Shown here: piece by piece, positions 10,209 through 20,600 of the stretch | Layout: each line of letters begins with the position of its first letter | Numbering within the stretch: position 1 is the stretch's first letter | Position numbers and translations under genes: made by a program | The notes under the pieces: generated by a model | What the model was told of the DNA's origin: nothing | Databases searched by the model: none | Seen by the model: the letters and a program-made list of their open reading frames with translations, nothing else | Virus record (IMG/VR): IMGVR_UViG_2888103098_000001 | Coordinates: 1,566 to 65,565 of that record | DNA: 64,000 bases | Origin: a virus | Strand: one strand, 5' to 3'

Positions 10209-10964
10209 GTGGACATCGTATCTTCAACCCCCGTGACGCTCTGGGTCGATTTCGAGGCGCCACAGGGACTGGTGATCCCCGATGTCGGCTCTGTGTCCTA
10301 CAGCCTGTATGACGGCCAGGGTGTCCCACTCGTCGTCGATCAGGCCCTGACCCCGGAGGCTGACGCCACCGGGGTCTCCATCAAGGTCCCGGCGATCAGC
10401 AACATCATTGCCCCGGACCGCTCGTTCGAGCGCCGCACCGCGCTGGTGCAGTGGACCGCCAACGGGCGGGGCTACTCGGCGCGCGAGGGCTACCGGGTCA
10501 TCGACCTGCCGAACTACGGCGTCGTGCCCGAGGATGTCCGCACCTACCTCGCCCTCAACGAGGACGAGCTGCGCGACAACGAGATCGACCTGTTCACCGC
10601 CTACCTCACCCTGGCCGGCGCGGTCGGGAAGGATCTGCTGGACGACGCGCTCGGCGCCGGCACCCTGATCGAGGTGCGCGCGAGCCGCGCCGTCATGCTG
10701 ACGGCCGCCACCGCGCTGTTCCCGTCGCTGCGCTACCGGATCGCCCAGGCGAAGACGGACGGCACGCTCAAGTTCGAGCGCCTGAAGGACGCCTCCGCGT
10801 TCGACGGGCTCGTGACGGCGACTGCTGACGAGCTGCGGCAGTTTACCCAGGACCTGACCGGCGACACCACGGCCAACGCCACGCTGCCCGTGCTGCTGGC
10901 CCTCACCACGATCTCGATCGACCCGGTCACCGGGGCTGCGCCCGCGACCAGCACCAGAGGCTAA
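10209..10964 (+). CDS. Head-tail adaptor/neck protein (putative)
   Basis: Synteny and codon usage. Confidence 0.55.
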   Translation: MDIVSSTPVTLWVDFEAPQGLVIPDVGSVSYSLYDGQGVPLVVDQALTPEADATGVSIKVPAISNIIAPDRSFERRTALVQWTANGRGYSAREGYRVIDLPNYGVVPEDVRTYLALNEDELRDNEIDLFTAYLTLAGAVGKDLLDDALGAGTLIEVRASRAVMLTAATALFPSLRYRIAQAKTDGTLKFERLKDASAFDGLVTATADELRQFTQDLTGDTTANATLPVLLALTTISIDPVTGAAPATSTRG

Positions 10965-10967
10965 GCC

Positions 10968-11528
10968 ATGCCGATGCTGCTGTCCCGGATCCAGGCTCAG
11001 AACGAGGTCTGGCTCAACAAGCTGCCGCCGTCCGCCACCCGGTTCCGCGGCGTCATCTTCCCAGTCAACCCGACCGCGCTGCCGACCAGCGTGTTCATCC
11101 TGCCGCGCCTCGGGCTGCGCACGCGCCCGCGCGAGCCGGTCCACGCCAAGGATCTGTTCCGCGACCCGGCCGGCCGGGTCATGCTCGTGGGGAACTGGGA
11201 GCTGCCGCTCGCCCTCGACGACGTTGTCTCCCGCTGCTTCGTGCTGTTCCAGATGACCGGCAAGGTCAGCTGGCGGCGGCGCAGCCAGGCCGTGAAGCAC
11301 CCGGTCACCGGCCTGCCGCAGTCCGAGGGACCGTTCGAGGAGGTCGGCCCGATCTGGGTCTCCATCGAGAGCTACACCCACGGGAACGAGGACCCAGGTG
11401 CGCGGATCACCACCGACCGCCTGCGGTGCATCACCAACGCCCCGCTGCAGTACGGCGACATGGTCAACGGCAAGACCGTGAAGCGCCTCAATCCGACGCT
11501 TGGGGTCACCATCGCCGAGATCGAGTGA
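10968..11528 (+). CDS. Head closure/neck protein (putative)
   Basis: Synteny; TGATG coupling to the next gene. Confidence 0.5.
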   Translation: MPMLLSRIQAQNEVWLNKLPPSATRFRGVIFPVNPTALPTSVFILPRLGLRTRPREPVHAKDLFRDPAGRVMLVGNWELPLALDDVVSRCFVLFQMTGKVSWRRRSQAVKHPVTGLPQSEGPFEEVGPIWVSIESYTHGNEDPGARITTDRLRCITNAPLQYGDMVNGKTVKRLNPTLGVTIAEIE

Positions 11529-12364
11529 TGGCGGCCGACCTGCAGCTCCTGTTCCGCATCGGCGGGACGAAGTCGTCCGATCCGAACGCGACCACCGAGC
11601 GTGCGGTCGCGGTGCTGCGCGAGCGTGCAGAGGCGAAGGGCATCGAGCGCGTCATGGAAGCGGTGATCGCCGACGAGAAGGCGATCGTGGCCGCGGTCAC
11701 GGCCGATGCCGCGAAGTTCGCCGGCCAGGCCGCCCGGGTGTTCACCCGCCTGAAATCCCCCAGCTCGGGCTCCGTCACGATCTCCCTCGACGACATCAGC
11801 CGGAACGCCGGGGTGCTGTCGGGCGACAGTATGTCGAAGCGGCTGCAGGGCAAGACCACCACCGAGTGGTTGGCGCTCACGAAGCAGACCGTGGCGGCCA
11901 AGCGCCGGCGCAAGGCCGGCGAGCCGGCCACGTTCTTCGTGGACACCGGAGCGCTGCGCACCCTGCTGACCGAATACCTCGGGCCGGCCACCGCCGCCCT
12001 GGTCGATCCCCGCATCGTCGTGCGGAAGGGCCCCCGGCGCGTCTCCGTCACACTGAGCCTGATGGCCCAGGCGTCCGGCCGGGAGAAGGCCGGTGTGACT
12101 GGCGCCAGCTTCCCGGGGGCGAGCGGCGGCGGCGTCGCGCGCGAGGAGAGCCTGTTCGTCCGCTACCTGAAGAAGGCCGGCGCGCCGGACCGCGATCCGA
12201 AGCACCCGCTGGCCTACAAGCTGGAGAACCCCCGCGGCTCGCACCGGCCCTTCCTGCAGAACACGCTGGTCTACTGGATCAGCCGCCGGCTGCCGCTTGT
12301 TCTCGACAAGTCGCTGCGCTCTGCGCTGGCCAAGACGAAGAAGAAGGGGAAGACCCGTGTATAA
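11528..12364 (+). CDS. Neck/tail completion protein (putative)
   Basis: Start MAADL at the TGATG overlap; basic protein; synteny. Confidence 0.5.
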   Translation: MAADLQLLFRIGGTKSSDPNATTERAVAVLRERAEAKGIERVMEAVIADEKAIVAAVTADAAKFAGQAARVFTRLKSPSSGSVTISLDDISRNAGVLSGDSMSKRLQGKTTTEWLALTKQTVAAKRRRKAGEPATFFVDTGALRTLLTEYLGPATAALVDPRIVVRKGPRRVSVTLSLMAQASGREKAGVTGASFPGASGGGVAREESLFVRYLKKAGAPDRDPKHPLAYKLENPRGSHRPFLQNTLVYWISRRLPLVLDKSLRSALAKTKKKGKTRV

Positions 12365-12791
12365 GATCGCCCGCAACTCCACTGTCCGCATGGTCGTCGA
12401 CACGATCCGTGACCTGGACGGCGTCCAGTATTACGAGTTCGACGCCCACGCCGAGGGCTTCGTCCTGCCGAACACCGACCTGGTCGGCCTGGTCGGCTTC
12501 TCCTGCGTGGAGAACGACCAGTTCCACGACCTGTCGTTCGGCATCGCCATCATGACGGTGCAGGACCCGAGCCTGACCCGCTCGACCGACTACGTGGACA
12601 CCTTCTACCGCCGGCTCCAGGCGCACAAGAAGTTCGCGATGTTCGAGGACGATGGCTCGACCACCGGCTTCGAGGCGGTGTGCTTCGACGGGATCGCGGC
12701 TTCACCGATGGGCCGGGTCGACATGCGCCCGACCGTCGAGCTGGCGGTGACCGCCCGGGTCACGCAAGCTGGGATGTGGCCTCCGGCGTGA
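12357..12791 (+). CDS. Tail terminator protein (putative)
   Basis: GTG start overlapping the previous stop; about 144 aa, last gene before major tail. Confidence 0.5.
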   Translation: MYKIARNSTVRMVVDTIRDLDGVQYYEFDAHAEGFVLPNTDLVGLVGFSCVENDQFHDLSFGIAIMTVQDPSLTRSTDYVDTFYRRLQAHKKFAMFEDDGSTTGFEAVCFDGIAASPMGRVDMRPTVELAVTARVTQAGMWPPA

Positions 12792-12987
12792 CCTCGACGC
12801 CCGCCTTATAGAGAAGGTGGATCGTCTCCCGGACGTTCTCCGACGAGCAGCCGAGCGCCGTCTCGATCAAGAACACCACCTCCTTCGTGAGGCTGCGGTG
12901 GTTCGAGGCGGCGCGGGCTCGAAGAACAGCATCGAGATCTGGCCGGACCAATACGCTGATCGGTCGCTCTGATTTCGCGGTAGCCAT
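12760..12987 (-). CDS. Arc-like ribbon-helix-helix DNA-binding protein
   Basis: ISVLVRPDLDAVLRARAASNHRSLTKEVVFLIETAL matches the Arc/RHH pattern (RS(M/L)NxE-type). Confidence 0.75.
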   Translation of the reverse strand: MATAKSERPISVLVRPDLDAVLRARAASNHRSLTKEVVFLIETALGCSSENVRETIHLLYKAGVEVTPEATSQLA

Positions 12988-13003
12988 AGTTCTTCGCCCG
13001 TCG

Positions 13004-13020
13004 TTCCTAATTTCTAGGAA
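13004..13020. promoter_or_regulatory. 17-bp dyad box TTCCTAATTTCTAGGAA (class B)
   Basis: Same arms as 6705-6721; lies between the divergent Arc-like and major tail genes. Confidence 0.6.
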
Positions 13021-13027
13021 TGTCTAT

Positions 13028-13056
13028 TTGGACAAATGGGTATCGACCCACATATT
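13028..13056 (+). promoter_or_regulatory. Sigma70-type promoter for major tail gene
   Basis: TTGGAC-17 nt-CATATT, close to the alphaproteobacterial consensus CTTGAC-17-CTATAT; the spacer contains the dyad TGGGT-ATCG-ACCCA. Confidence 0.55.
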
Positions 13057-13096
13057 GCAACCGACAGATTGCCGACCTGACAACGGAGACTTCCAC

Positions 13097-13876
13097 ATGA
13101 ACCCGGGCACCGCCAAGAGTGGACGTTTCCACTTCTCCACCGCCACCCTCTGCATCGCCCCGATGCTGGAAGGCGCCGAGATCAACCCGCTGATCCACTC
13201 GGTCGGCCTGGTGAAGAACTGCAAGGTCGACGTGACGACCTCGAAGGTCGATCTCACGCAGGGCATCCAGAACGACATCGTGGCGTCCGTCGTGAACGGC
13301 ATGCCGATGACGGGCTCGGCCGAGGTGTACGAGTACACTGCGAAGAACTTCGCCTACGGCCTCTCGCAGGATCCGACCGGCCTGGTCGACATGGCCAAGC
13401 CCGTGGGGATCACCGGCCCGGTGGCCGCTGCCGCCACGACCGTGACCACGGCGACCGCCATCGCGGGTGCCAAGGCCGGCGACTGGATCTACATCCAGGA
13501 GAACCAGGACGACCAGATCCACATCGCCAAGATCTCGGCGGTGGCGGCTGCGGCCCTCACCTTCGCCGCCTACCCGGTGCCCGAGGGCATGTCGTTCTCG
13601 GCCAACGCCCGCGTCGGCCTGCTCAACAAGATCGACAGCGATCCGGGCAAGGCGAACAACAACTTCGCTGTGCGCGTGATCGGCATCGCGCTCGACGGCA
13701 ACACTCCGGTGACGCTGCACTTCCCCAAGGCGCGCATCACCAAGGGCTTCTCGATGGGCTTCTCCTCGGACAACTTCTCGAACATGCCGTTCGAGTGGAC
13801 GCCCCTGGTTCCGGTGCCGAGCGACGAAGGCTACCAGGCCGACTTCGCCCAGAAGCTCTCGATCTTCACCCGCTAA
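13097..13876 (+). CDS. Major tail (tube) protein
   Basis: ATG 13097 with GGAG RBS; beta-rich; followed by a terminator, chaperone and tape measure. Confidence 0.8.
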   Translation: MNPGTAKSGRFHFSTATLCIAPMLEGAEINPLIHSVGLVKNCKVDVTTSKVDLTQGIQNDIVASVVNGMPMTGSAEVYEYTAKNFAYGLSQDPTGLVDMAKPVGITGPVAAAATTVTTATAIAGAKAGDWIYIQENQDDQIHIAKISAVAAAALTFAAYPVPEGMSFSANARVGLLNKIDSDPGKANNNFAVRVIGIALDGNTPVTLHFPKARITKGFSMGFSSDNFSNMPFEWTPLVPVPSDEGYQADFAQKLSIFTR

Positions 13877-13904
13877 CCCCGGGACGACAGTCGAGCCAAA
13901 GATC

Positions 13905-13934
13905 AGGCCCCGGGCAACCGGGGCCTTTTCTTTT
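13905..13934 (+). terminator. Intrinsic terminator after major tail gene
   Basis: AGGCCCCGG-GCAA-CCGGGGCCT followed by TTTCTTTT. Confidence 0.85.
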
Positions 13935-13979
13935 GGTCATCTCGAACCCACATCTCCTCCAGCCAAACGAGGGGTCGAG

Positions 13980-14381
13980 ATGCCATCCGAAGATCAGAAG
14001 CCCGACGCCCGTATCACAATCGAAGTCGGCGGTACGGAACGGACCATCTTCATGAGCTTCGGGCTCCTGAACGAGATCGCGGCACTCGTGCAGAGCCCCG
14101 AGAACGTCCCCGAGCTGTCCTTCAACTCGACCGTGTCGACCGCCGCCCTGCACCTGATGCTGGCGCCCCGGGACAAGCGCGGCAACATCCTGCCCGAGGG
14201 CGACGAGCCGGCCGTGCCGCTCGACCTCGACCCGGCCACCGCGGAGCAGCTGTTGGACTGGGCGGGCGGCCATGTGCTGGATTTTTTCGTCCGCCGGCTC
14301 GCCAAGTCGGCGCAGCTCTTCGCGACGAGGGCGGATCGGCTAGCGGCAGCCGGATCATCTCTGACTTCTTCGGTGAGCTGA
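13980..14381 (+). CDS. Tail assembly chaperone (gpG-like)
   Basis: Between major tail and tape measure; contains slippery heptamer TTTTTTC at 14282-14288. Confidence 0.8.
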   Translation: MPSEDQKPDARITIEVGGTERTIFMSFGLLNEIAALVQSPENVPELSFNSTVSTAALHLMLAPRDKRGNILPEGDEPAVPLDLDPATAEQLLDWAGGHVLDFFVRRLAKSAQLFATRADRLAAAGSSLTSSVS

Positions 14382-14635
14382 CCTGGGAAGACAGCCTGAT
14401 CCTCGTCTTCAAGTGCGCGCCCAGTGATCTACCAAAGCTCTACTGGAAGCGCACCCTAGACGATCTCCGGCGGATGACTGGTCTCTTCATCCGCTACGAG
14501 ATGGTGAAGGCGATGGCGGCGACCGAGAGCTTGCTCTTCGTCACCGGAAAGCTGTTCGGCAAAGCCGAGCCAGAGAGTGAGGCGCTCAACAGCGTCGATG
14601 ACATGATGGCGTTTGCGCGAGCGGTCAATGGCTGA
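13980..14635 (+). CDS. Tail assembly chaperone -1 frameshift product (gpGT-like)
   Basis: The -1 frame is open from the slippery site to TGA at 14633-14635 (RPPARQ...FGELTWEDSLILVFKCAPSDLPKLYWKRTLDDLRR...AFARAVNG) and has no early ATG of its own. Confidence 0.75.
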
Positions 14636-17600
14636 TGATTTGAACGTCGACATTGGGATCGGCTCGAACGAGCTGGAGAGCGATCTCCGGCGCACCTTCG
14701 ACGCGCTTCAGGCTGGCCTGCGCACCGCCCAGGAGATGCAGGTCTGGTTCGAGCGCAGCGCCAAGTCTGCGCGCGAGCTGCCGACCGTCATCCGCGACCT
14801 CAATGAGAAGCTCGCCCTGGCGAAGGGCTCGGCTGCCGAAGTCGGTCTGCAGAACCAGATCAAGGCCGCCCAGGAGCAGCAGCTCAAGCTGAACAATGAG
14901 CTGCGCACCGAGATCACGATCCAGAAGGAGCTGTCGCTCGCCCGCGGCGCCGGCCAGCGCGCCACCGAGAGCGGCACGGTTGCGGACGGCCGCACCGTCG
15001 CGCAGGTCCGGGCTACCGAGCGCGCCATGGCCGATGCCGTCACCGGCATCAACACCACTGCCGAGCAGGTCGCCGCGCGCCTGGCCATCGCCACCGGCAA
15101 GGCGATGGAGCGCCTGATCGCTGGCACCGCCCAGCAGGTCGAGCAGTCCGTGCAGCTGGCGGCGAACCGGGCCATGACCCGGAACGCCCAGCTCTCCGTG
15201 CCTGGCTATCTCGATGCCTCCGTGGTCAACGCCCGGGTCGCGTCCGAGGCCGCCGTGCGGAAGGCCGGCATGGGCTCGACGCTGGATGAGCGCGACGCCG
15301 GCCGGCGCATGTACGGCGACGCGGCCGAGGAGAACCGGCAGCGGACCCTGCAGGCCAACCGCATCCGGCGGGACGCCGAGCGGGAGAACGCCGAGCGGGA
15401 CCGGATCTCGACCCAGGCCGTGTCGAAGCTCCAGGCCGAGGCGGCCTACGAGGACGCCGAGCGCAGCCGGCGCATGTCGCAGCTCCAGACCCGGGCGGCG
15501 TGGGACAACCGGAACTTCGACCAGCTGAAGAAGGCCGCCGACGCCGAGTACCGCGCGGCCGACGCCAAGATGCGCTCCGACGCGGCCTATGAGGACCGGC
15601 AGCGGACGCTCGCCGCCAACCGGACCCGCCGGGACGCTGAGCGCGAGAACCGTGACCGGGACAACGATGCGAAGGCGTCGCAGACCCGGGTGCGCAGCTC
15701 GGCCGACTGGGACAACCGCGCCTACGATCGCGAGACGAAGACGGCTGCGCTGCGCGAGCGCAACGCGGCCGAGGAGGAGAACCGTCTCCGCACCCTGGCG
15801 GCCAACCGCATGCGGCGCGACGCTGAGCGGGAGAACAAGGAAATCGACGCCGACGCCCGGCGCGCGGCTGTGCTGAAGCAGCGTGCCGATCGAGCGGAGT
15901 ACCAGCGCTCCCCGGCGGGCCGGCAGGAGGCTGCGAAGAACAGCTTCGAGGCGCGCAGCGCCGCGTTCGACCTCAATGGCGGTGCTGACCAGTTCGCCTT
16001 CCAGACCAAGCTGACGGCGAACTACGCCATCATGGGCGGGATCGCCCTGGTGGTGCGCGGCGCCACCAGCGCGGTGATCGAGTTCGACGAGCAGCTGAAG
16101 CAGTTCCAGGCGATCACCGGCACCGCGAACGCCGAGATGGACGGCTTCCGCAAGCAGCTCCTGGACGTGGCCTCGACCAGCAAGTTCTCCGTGGGCGAGC
16201 TGACCACGGTTGCCGTTGCGCTGGGCCAGACCGGCCTGTCGGCATCCGAGGTCGGCAAGGCGCTTAAGCCCGTCGTGGATCTGGCTGCTGCCTCGGGCTC
16301 GACCCTGCAGCAGTCGGTCGAGGCGATCACCGGGGTGCTCGGAGCCTACAACCTGGAGGCCGGCCGGGCCGGTGAGGTGGCCGACGTGTTCGTCGGCGCC
16401 CTGAACGCGACCAAGCTGACCATGGACCAGCTGCAGCTGGGCATCCAGTACGCGGCCAACATCGCGCGCGACAGCGGCATCTCGTTCTCCGAGCTGACGG
16501 CGTCGATCGGCGCCGTAGCGCAGGCCGGTGTGAAGTCCGGGTCGACCATCGGCACCGGCATTCGGCAGCTGATCACCGAGTTCTCCGAGCCCTCCGACAA
16601 GCTCCGGGGCGTGCTCAAGGAGCTGAACATCGACCTGGGCGATGTGAACCTGCGCACGCAGGGTTTCTCCGGGGTGCTGAAGAACCTGAAGGAGGGCGGC
16701 TTCACCACCGCCGACGCCCTGCGCTCGCTCGACCTGCGCGCCTCGGCTGCGTTCGCCGCCCTGGCCGGCCAGTCCGACAAGATCGAGGAGCTGCAGCAGG
16801 AGTTCCTGCTGTCCTCCGCGGCGGCCGAGAGCGCCAGCACGGCGAACGAGAGCCTGTCTGCCACCTTCCAGAGGCTGAAGAACAGCCTGTTCGCGGTGGT
16901 GGACACGGGCTTCCACCCGTTCGTCACCGTGCTGACGGCGGCTATCGGCAACCTGGCCTCGTTCGCCTCGGGCCTGACCGCCCTTGGCCCGGTCCTGCCG
17001 ACCATCGCCAGTGGTGTTGCGGCCATCGCCGCGAGCGCGGCGGCGATCAAGATCGGCAGCCTGATCGGTGGACTGACCTCCCTCGGCTCGATCTCCGCTC
17101 TCCTCACCGGCCCGGTGGGCATCGGTGCGGTAGCGATCGGCGGCATCGCTGCCTTCGCCTACTGGCTGTCGAAGATCCAGGACGACGCCGCCAAGGCGGC
17201 GGTGCGGCTCGACGAGTTGAAGAAGGTCACCAACGAACTCACCAGCGAGCAGCAGACCCTGCGGCAGACCTCGGGGAGCCTCGACACCACCATCACTGGC
17301 CTCATCGACCGGCGGGCGAAGCTGAACGAGAAGGGCAACGAGGTCGGACGGCAGACCGCGATCATCGAAGCTCAGAAGGCCTTCGCGGATCTCGGCCTGG
17401 TCGTCGACAGCAACGCCACGTCGGTCGACGGTCTGATCGAGGCGCTGCAGAAGCTGCGCGGCGAGCTGAACCAGCAGGCGTCTGGGCTGCTCACCCAGCA
17501 GCTCGTCGCCATCACGGAGAAGATGGACCAGCTCGCGAAGCTGGAGGCGGCGCGCGAGGCGAAGAGCCGGGTCGCGCCCGCCGTCACTGCGGTCAGCGAG

Positions 17601-20600
17601 TACGGCACGCCCACGATCGAGAATGTCGATCCGCTGGAGCGCATGCGCGCGCTCGGGCCGGAGTTCGAACGGGCTGCCGACATCATGTCGGGCAAGACCA
17701 AGATCGACACGACCGACGTGCGCCGGCAGACGGCGTCGGTCTCGGCCGAAATGTACAGCACGCTGCTGAACCTGCGCCGCTCCCGCACCGACGTGGACGT
17801 GGACAACTCCCTGTCGGAGAGCGACCGCAAGACGATGCTGGCCGGGCTCGATGCTCAGATCGAGGGCGTCCAGAAGGCGATCAAGGATTTCGGGGACAAG
17901 GTCAGCTCGGTCCAGCAGCAGCAGGCCGTCACGGTCGAAGCTGAGCGGGTGAACCGCGAGCTGCAGGTCGCCCAGCTCAAGGCCACGCCCGTCTACGCCG
18001 GCTTCGAGAACGCGCGCGACAACATCTACCGCGACCATGACACCGCCGTCACCGCGGCCGGCCGTAGCCGGCGGGGCTACGGCGGCTACGAGGCGATGCA
18101 GGACGCTGCTCGCTCCACAGACGACCAGGTGCGCGACCAGCTCGCCAAGGTCGAGGAGGCCAAGCGCGCGGCCCTCGCCGAGGGCGTAGATCCGAAGGTG
18201 GTCAAGGAGGCCTACGACGGCATCATCGACAGCTTCAACATCCTGTTGAAGGGCACGTCGAAGGAGATCCGTGAGCGCTTCAAGACGGCCTCCGGCGACG
18301 CCAAGGCCGACCTGAACCAGCAGATCCGCACGGCCCAGTCGCAGATGGAGCTGCTGCAGCGCCAGGGCTCGACCGCGACCGACCCGGACCGGGTGACCGA
18401 CCTGCAGGGTGTCGCCGTCCACAACCAGGAGATCATCAACAAGGCTCGGGAGGCCCTGTTCAAGATCGACCTCGGCCCGAACGCCGACCAGCTCATCGCC
18501 AACTCGCCCGAGCTGCAGGACAAGGCGGCCGAGCTGAAGGAGAAGGGCCAGGCCGACCTGAACAAGCTCGCCGTCAGCTATGCCGAGCTGCACCGCCGGG
18601 TCCAGGTCCAGATGCTGTCGTTCCAGGTGGACCGGGCGACCGAGCGGAAGGACTTGCTGCAGGAACAGATCAAGGGCCTGGAGAAGGTCCGGGATGACGC
18701 GCGCTCGACCCCCGAGGCGATGCGCGCGGCTGTCCAGGAGATCAACCGGCTGCTCGGCGAGGTCGCCCGGATCGGCCAGGGCATCAACAAGCTCAACGCG
18801 GACAAGATCGACACCAAGCTTCCGACCACGCTCGGCCCCACCGTGTCGTTCGACCGGGGCTCGGCGCAGCAGGCCATCGTCGACCAGCTGAAGGCCTCGG
18901 GCGCGAGCGAGGACCGGATCCGCTACGCGCTGGCCTCCGGCCAGATCGAGAGCGGCTACGCGCCCGACGTGCTGTCGGGTGCCCGGAAGTCGTCGGCCGG
19001 CGCCGCCGGCCTGTTCCAGTTCATGCCCAAGACCTGGCAGAACATGTACGGCACCCGGGATGTCGACACCGACATCACGGCCCAGATCAAGGCGTTCCAG
19101 ACCTTCACCGATCGCAACGCCGGCTCGTTCCGCTCGAACATGGGCCGGGAGGCGACCCCGGAAGAGCTGTACCTGATGCACCAGCAGGGCGCGGCCGGCT
19201 CGATGGCGCTGCTGCGCGCCGGCTCGGGCTCGGCGCTCGATGCGCTGACCGGGGCCTACGGTGGCAATGCCGATGCCGCGCGCTCGGCGATCACCGGCAA
19301 CGGTGGCCGCGCCGACATGGCGGCCGACGAGTTCATCGCCCTGATCCAGCGGAAGTTCCGCTCGGCCCAGGCGTTGGTCGGCAACCCGTTCGGCACCACC
19401 GGGAAGGACGAGACCGACCGGATGCGGACGCTCGCCGACGACAAGACCGCGTCGGAGGCCGAGCGCCTGAAGGCCGAGAACGAGCGGAAGGCCCAGGCCA
19501 ACGAGCGGGTGCGCGAACTGGCCGAGCTGAAGCGTACGGACAAGGCCCTGTCCGAGACCTACGACACCCAGCTGGAGGCGGTGCGCCGCGCCCAGGACCC
19601 GGCGGCTGCGATGAGCGCGTCCAAGGACGCCTTCGGCACGCTGCGCCAGCTCCTGGAGACCGCGAAGAAGGAGGACGGCAACAAGACCGGCCTCGACGAC
19701 GACGCGCGCGCCGCGCAGGGCGACGCCACCCGGAAGCGCTTCGCCGGCCTGTTCCAGCAGCAGGGCCTGACCACCGCTGAGACGGTTGGGAAGGACAGCC
19801 TTAAGGCCTACGAGGACAAGCTCAACCAGCTCAAGGCCGAGCAGAAGGAGCTGGAGCGCCCTGAGAACGAGGGCCGCGCCGGCAACACCGAGCGGCTCAA
19901 CGTCCTGCGTGACGAGATCAACGAGCTGGAGAAGCAGAAGGAGCTGCAGGGCACTTACGAGGCGAACCAGGCGCGCATCGTCGCGCTGGAACAGCCCCTC
20001 AAGGAGATGAAGGACGCCGGGCTCGATGTCGATCGCGACGGCGTCGAGGTCCAGCGCCGGATCCTGGAGCTGCGCGAGCGTAACAAGGTCCTGGAGCCGA
20101 CGATGAACCTGTCCCGCCAGCAGGCGGCGACCGGGAAGTCATTCGGCGAGGCGGCCTCGGGCGCCACCGACAGCTTCCTGAAGCAGCGGGGCATCCTCGA
20201 CTTCAAAGGCCAGGTCGTCGACCCGGTCGTCCAGGCTCAGAAGACCATGACCGAGAGCCTTGGGGTGATCGGCGGGGCCTTCGACAACTTCTTCACCAAC
20301 CTGTTCAACGGGTCGATGAAGGCCGGCGATGCCCTTAAGTCGTTCGCGACCTCGATCCTGTCGGGGCTGATGAGCCAGATCTCGAAGAGCCTGACCAACT
20401 CGATCTTCCAGTCGCTGTTCACGGGCGGCACGGGCGGTGGTGGTGGCATCCTCTCTGGCATCCCGGCGCTGTTCGGCATGTACCACGGCGGCCCGATCCG
20501 CATGGCCGGTGGCGGTGGCGTGCCGGGCACGGACGCGGCCCTGTCGATGCGCGACAGCAAGCCGATCCTGGCCCAGCCGGGCGAGTACCTGCTGCGGCGC

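Noticed and set aside
10197-10211. TAG of 9849-10199 is in frame with 10209-10964, suggesting a readthrough fusion
   Set aside because: One-in-three coincidence; the downstream gene has its own GTG and a plausible RBS
14625-19181. 1518-aa antisense ORF, and similar long shadow ORFs (6807-8687 -, 26793-29873 -, 24684-26243 -, 61164-63467 +, 39754-41088 +)
   Set aside because: They lie opposite well-supported genes. Strong GC3 bias removes antisense stop codons, and the translations have no recognisable motifs.
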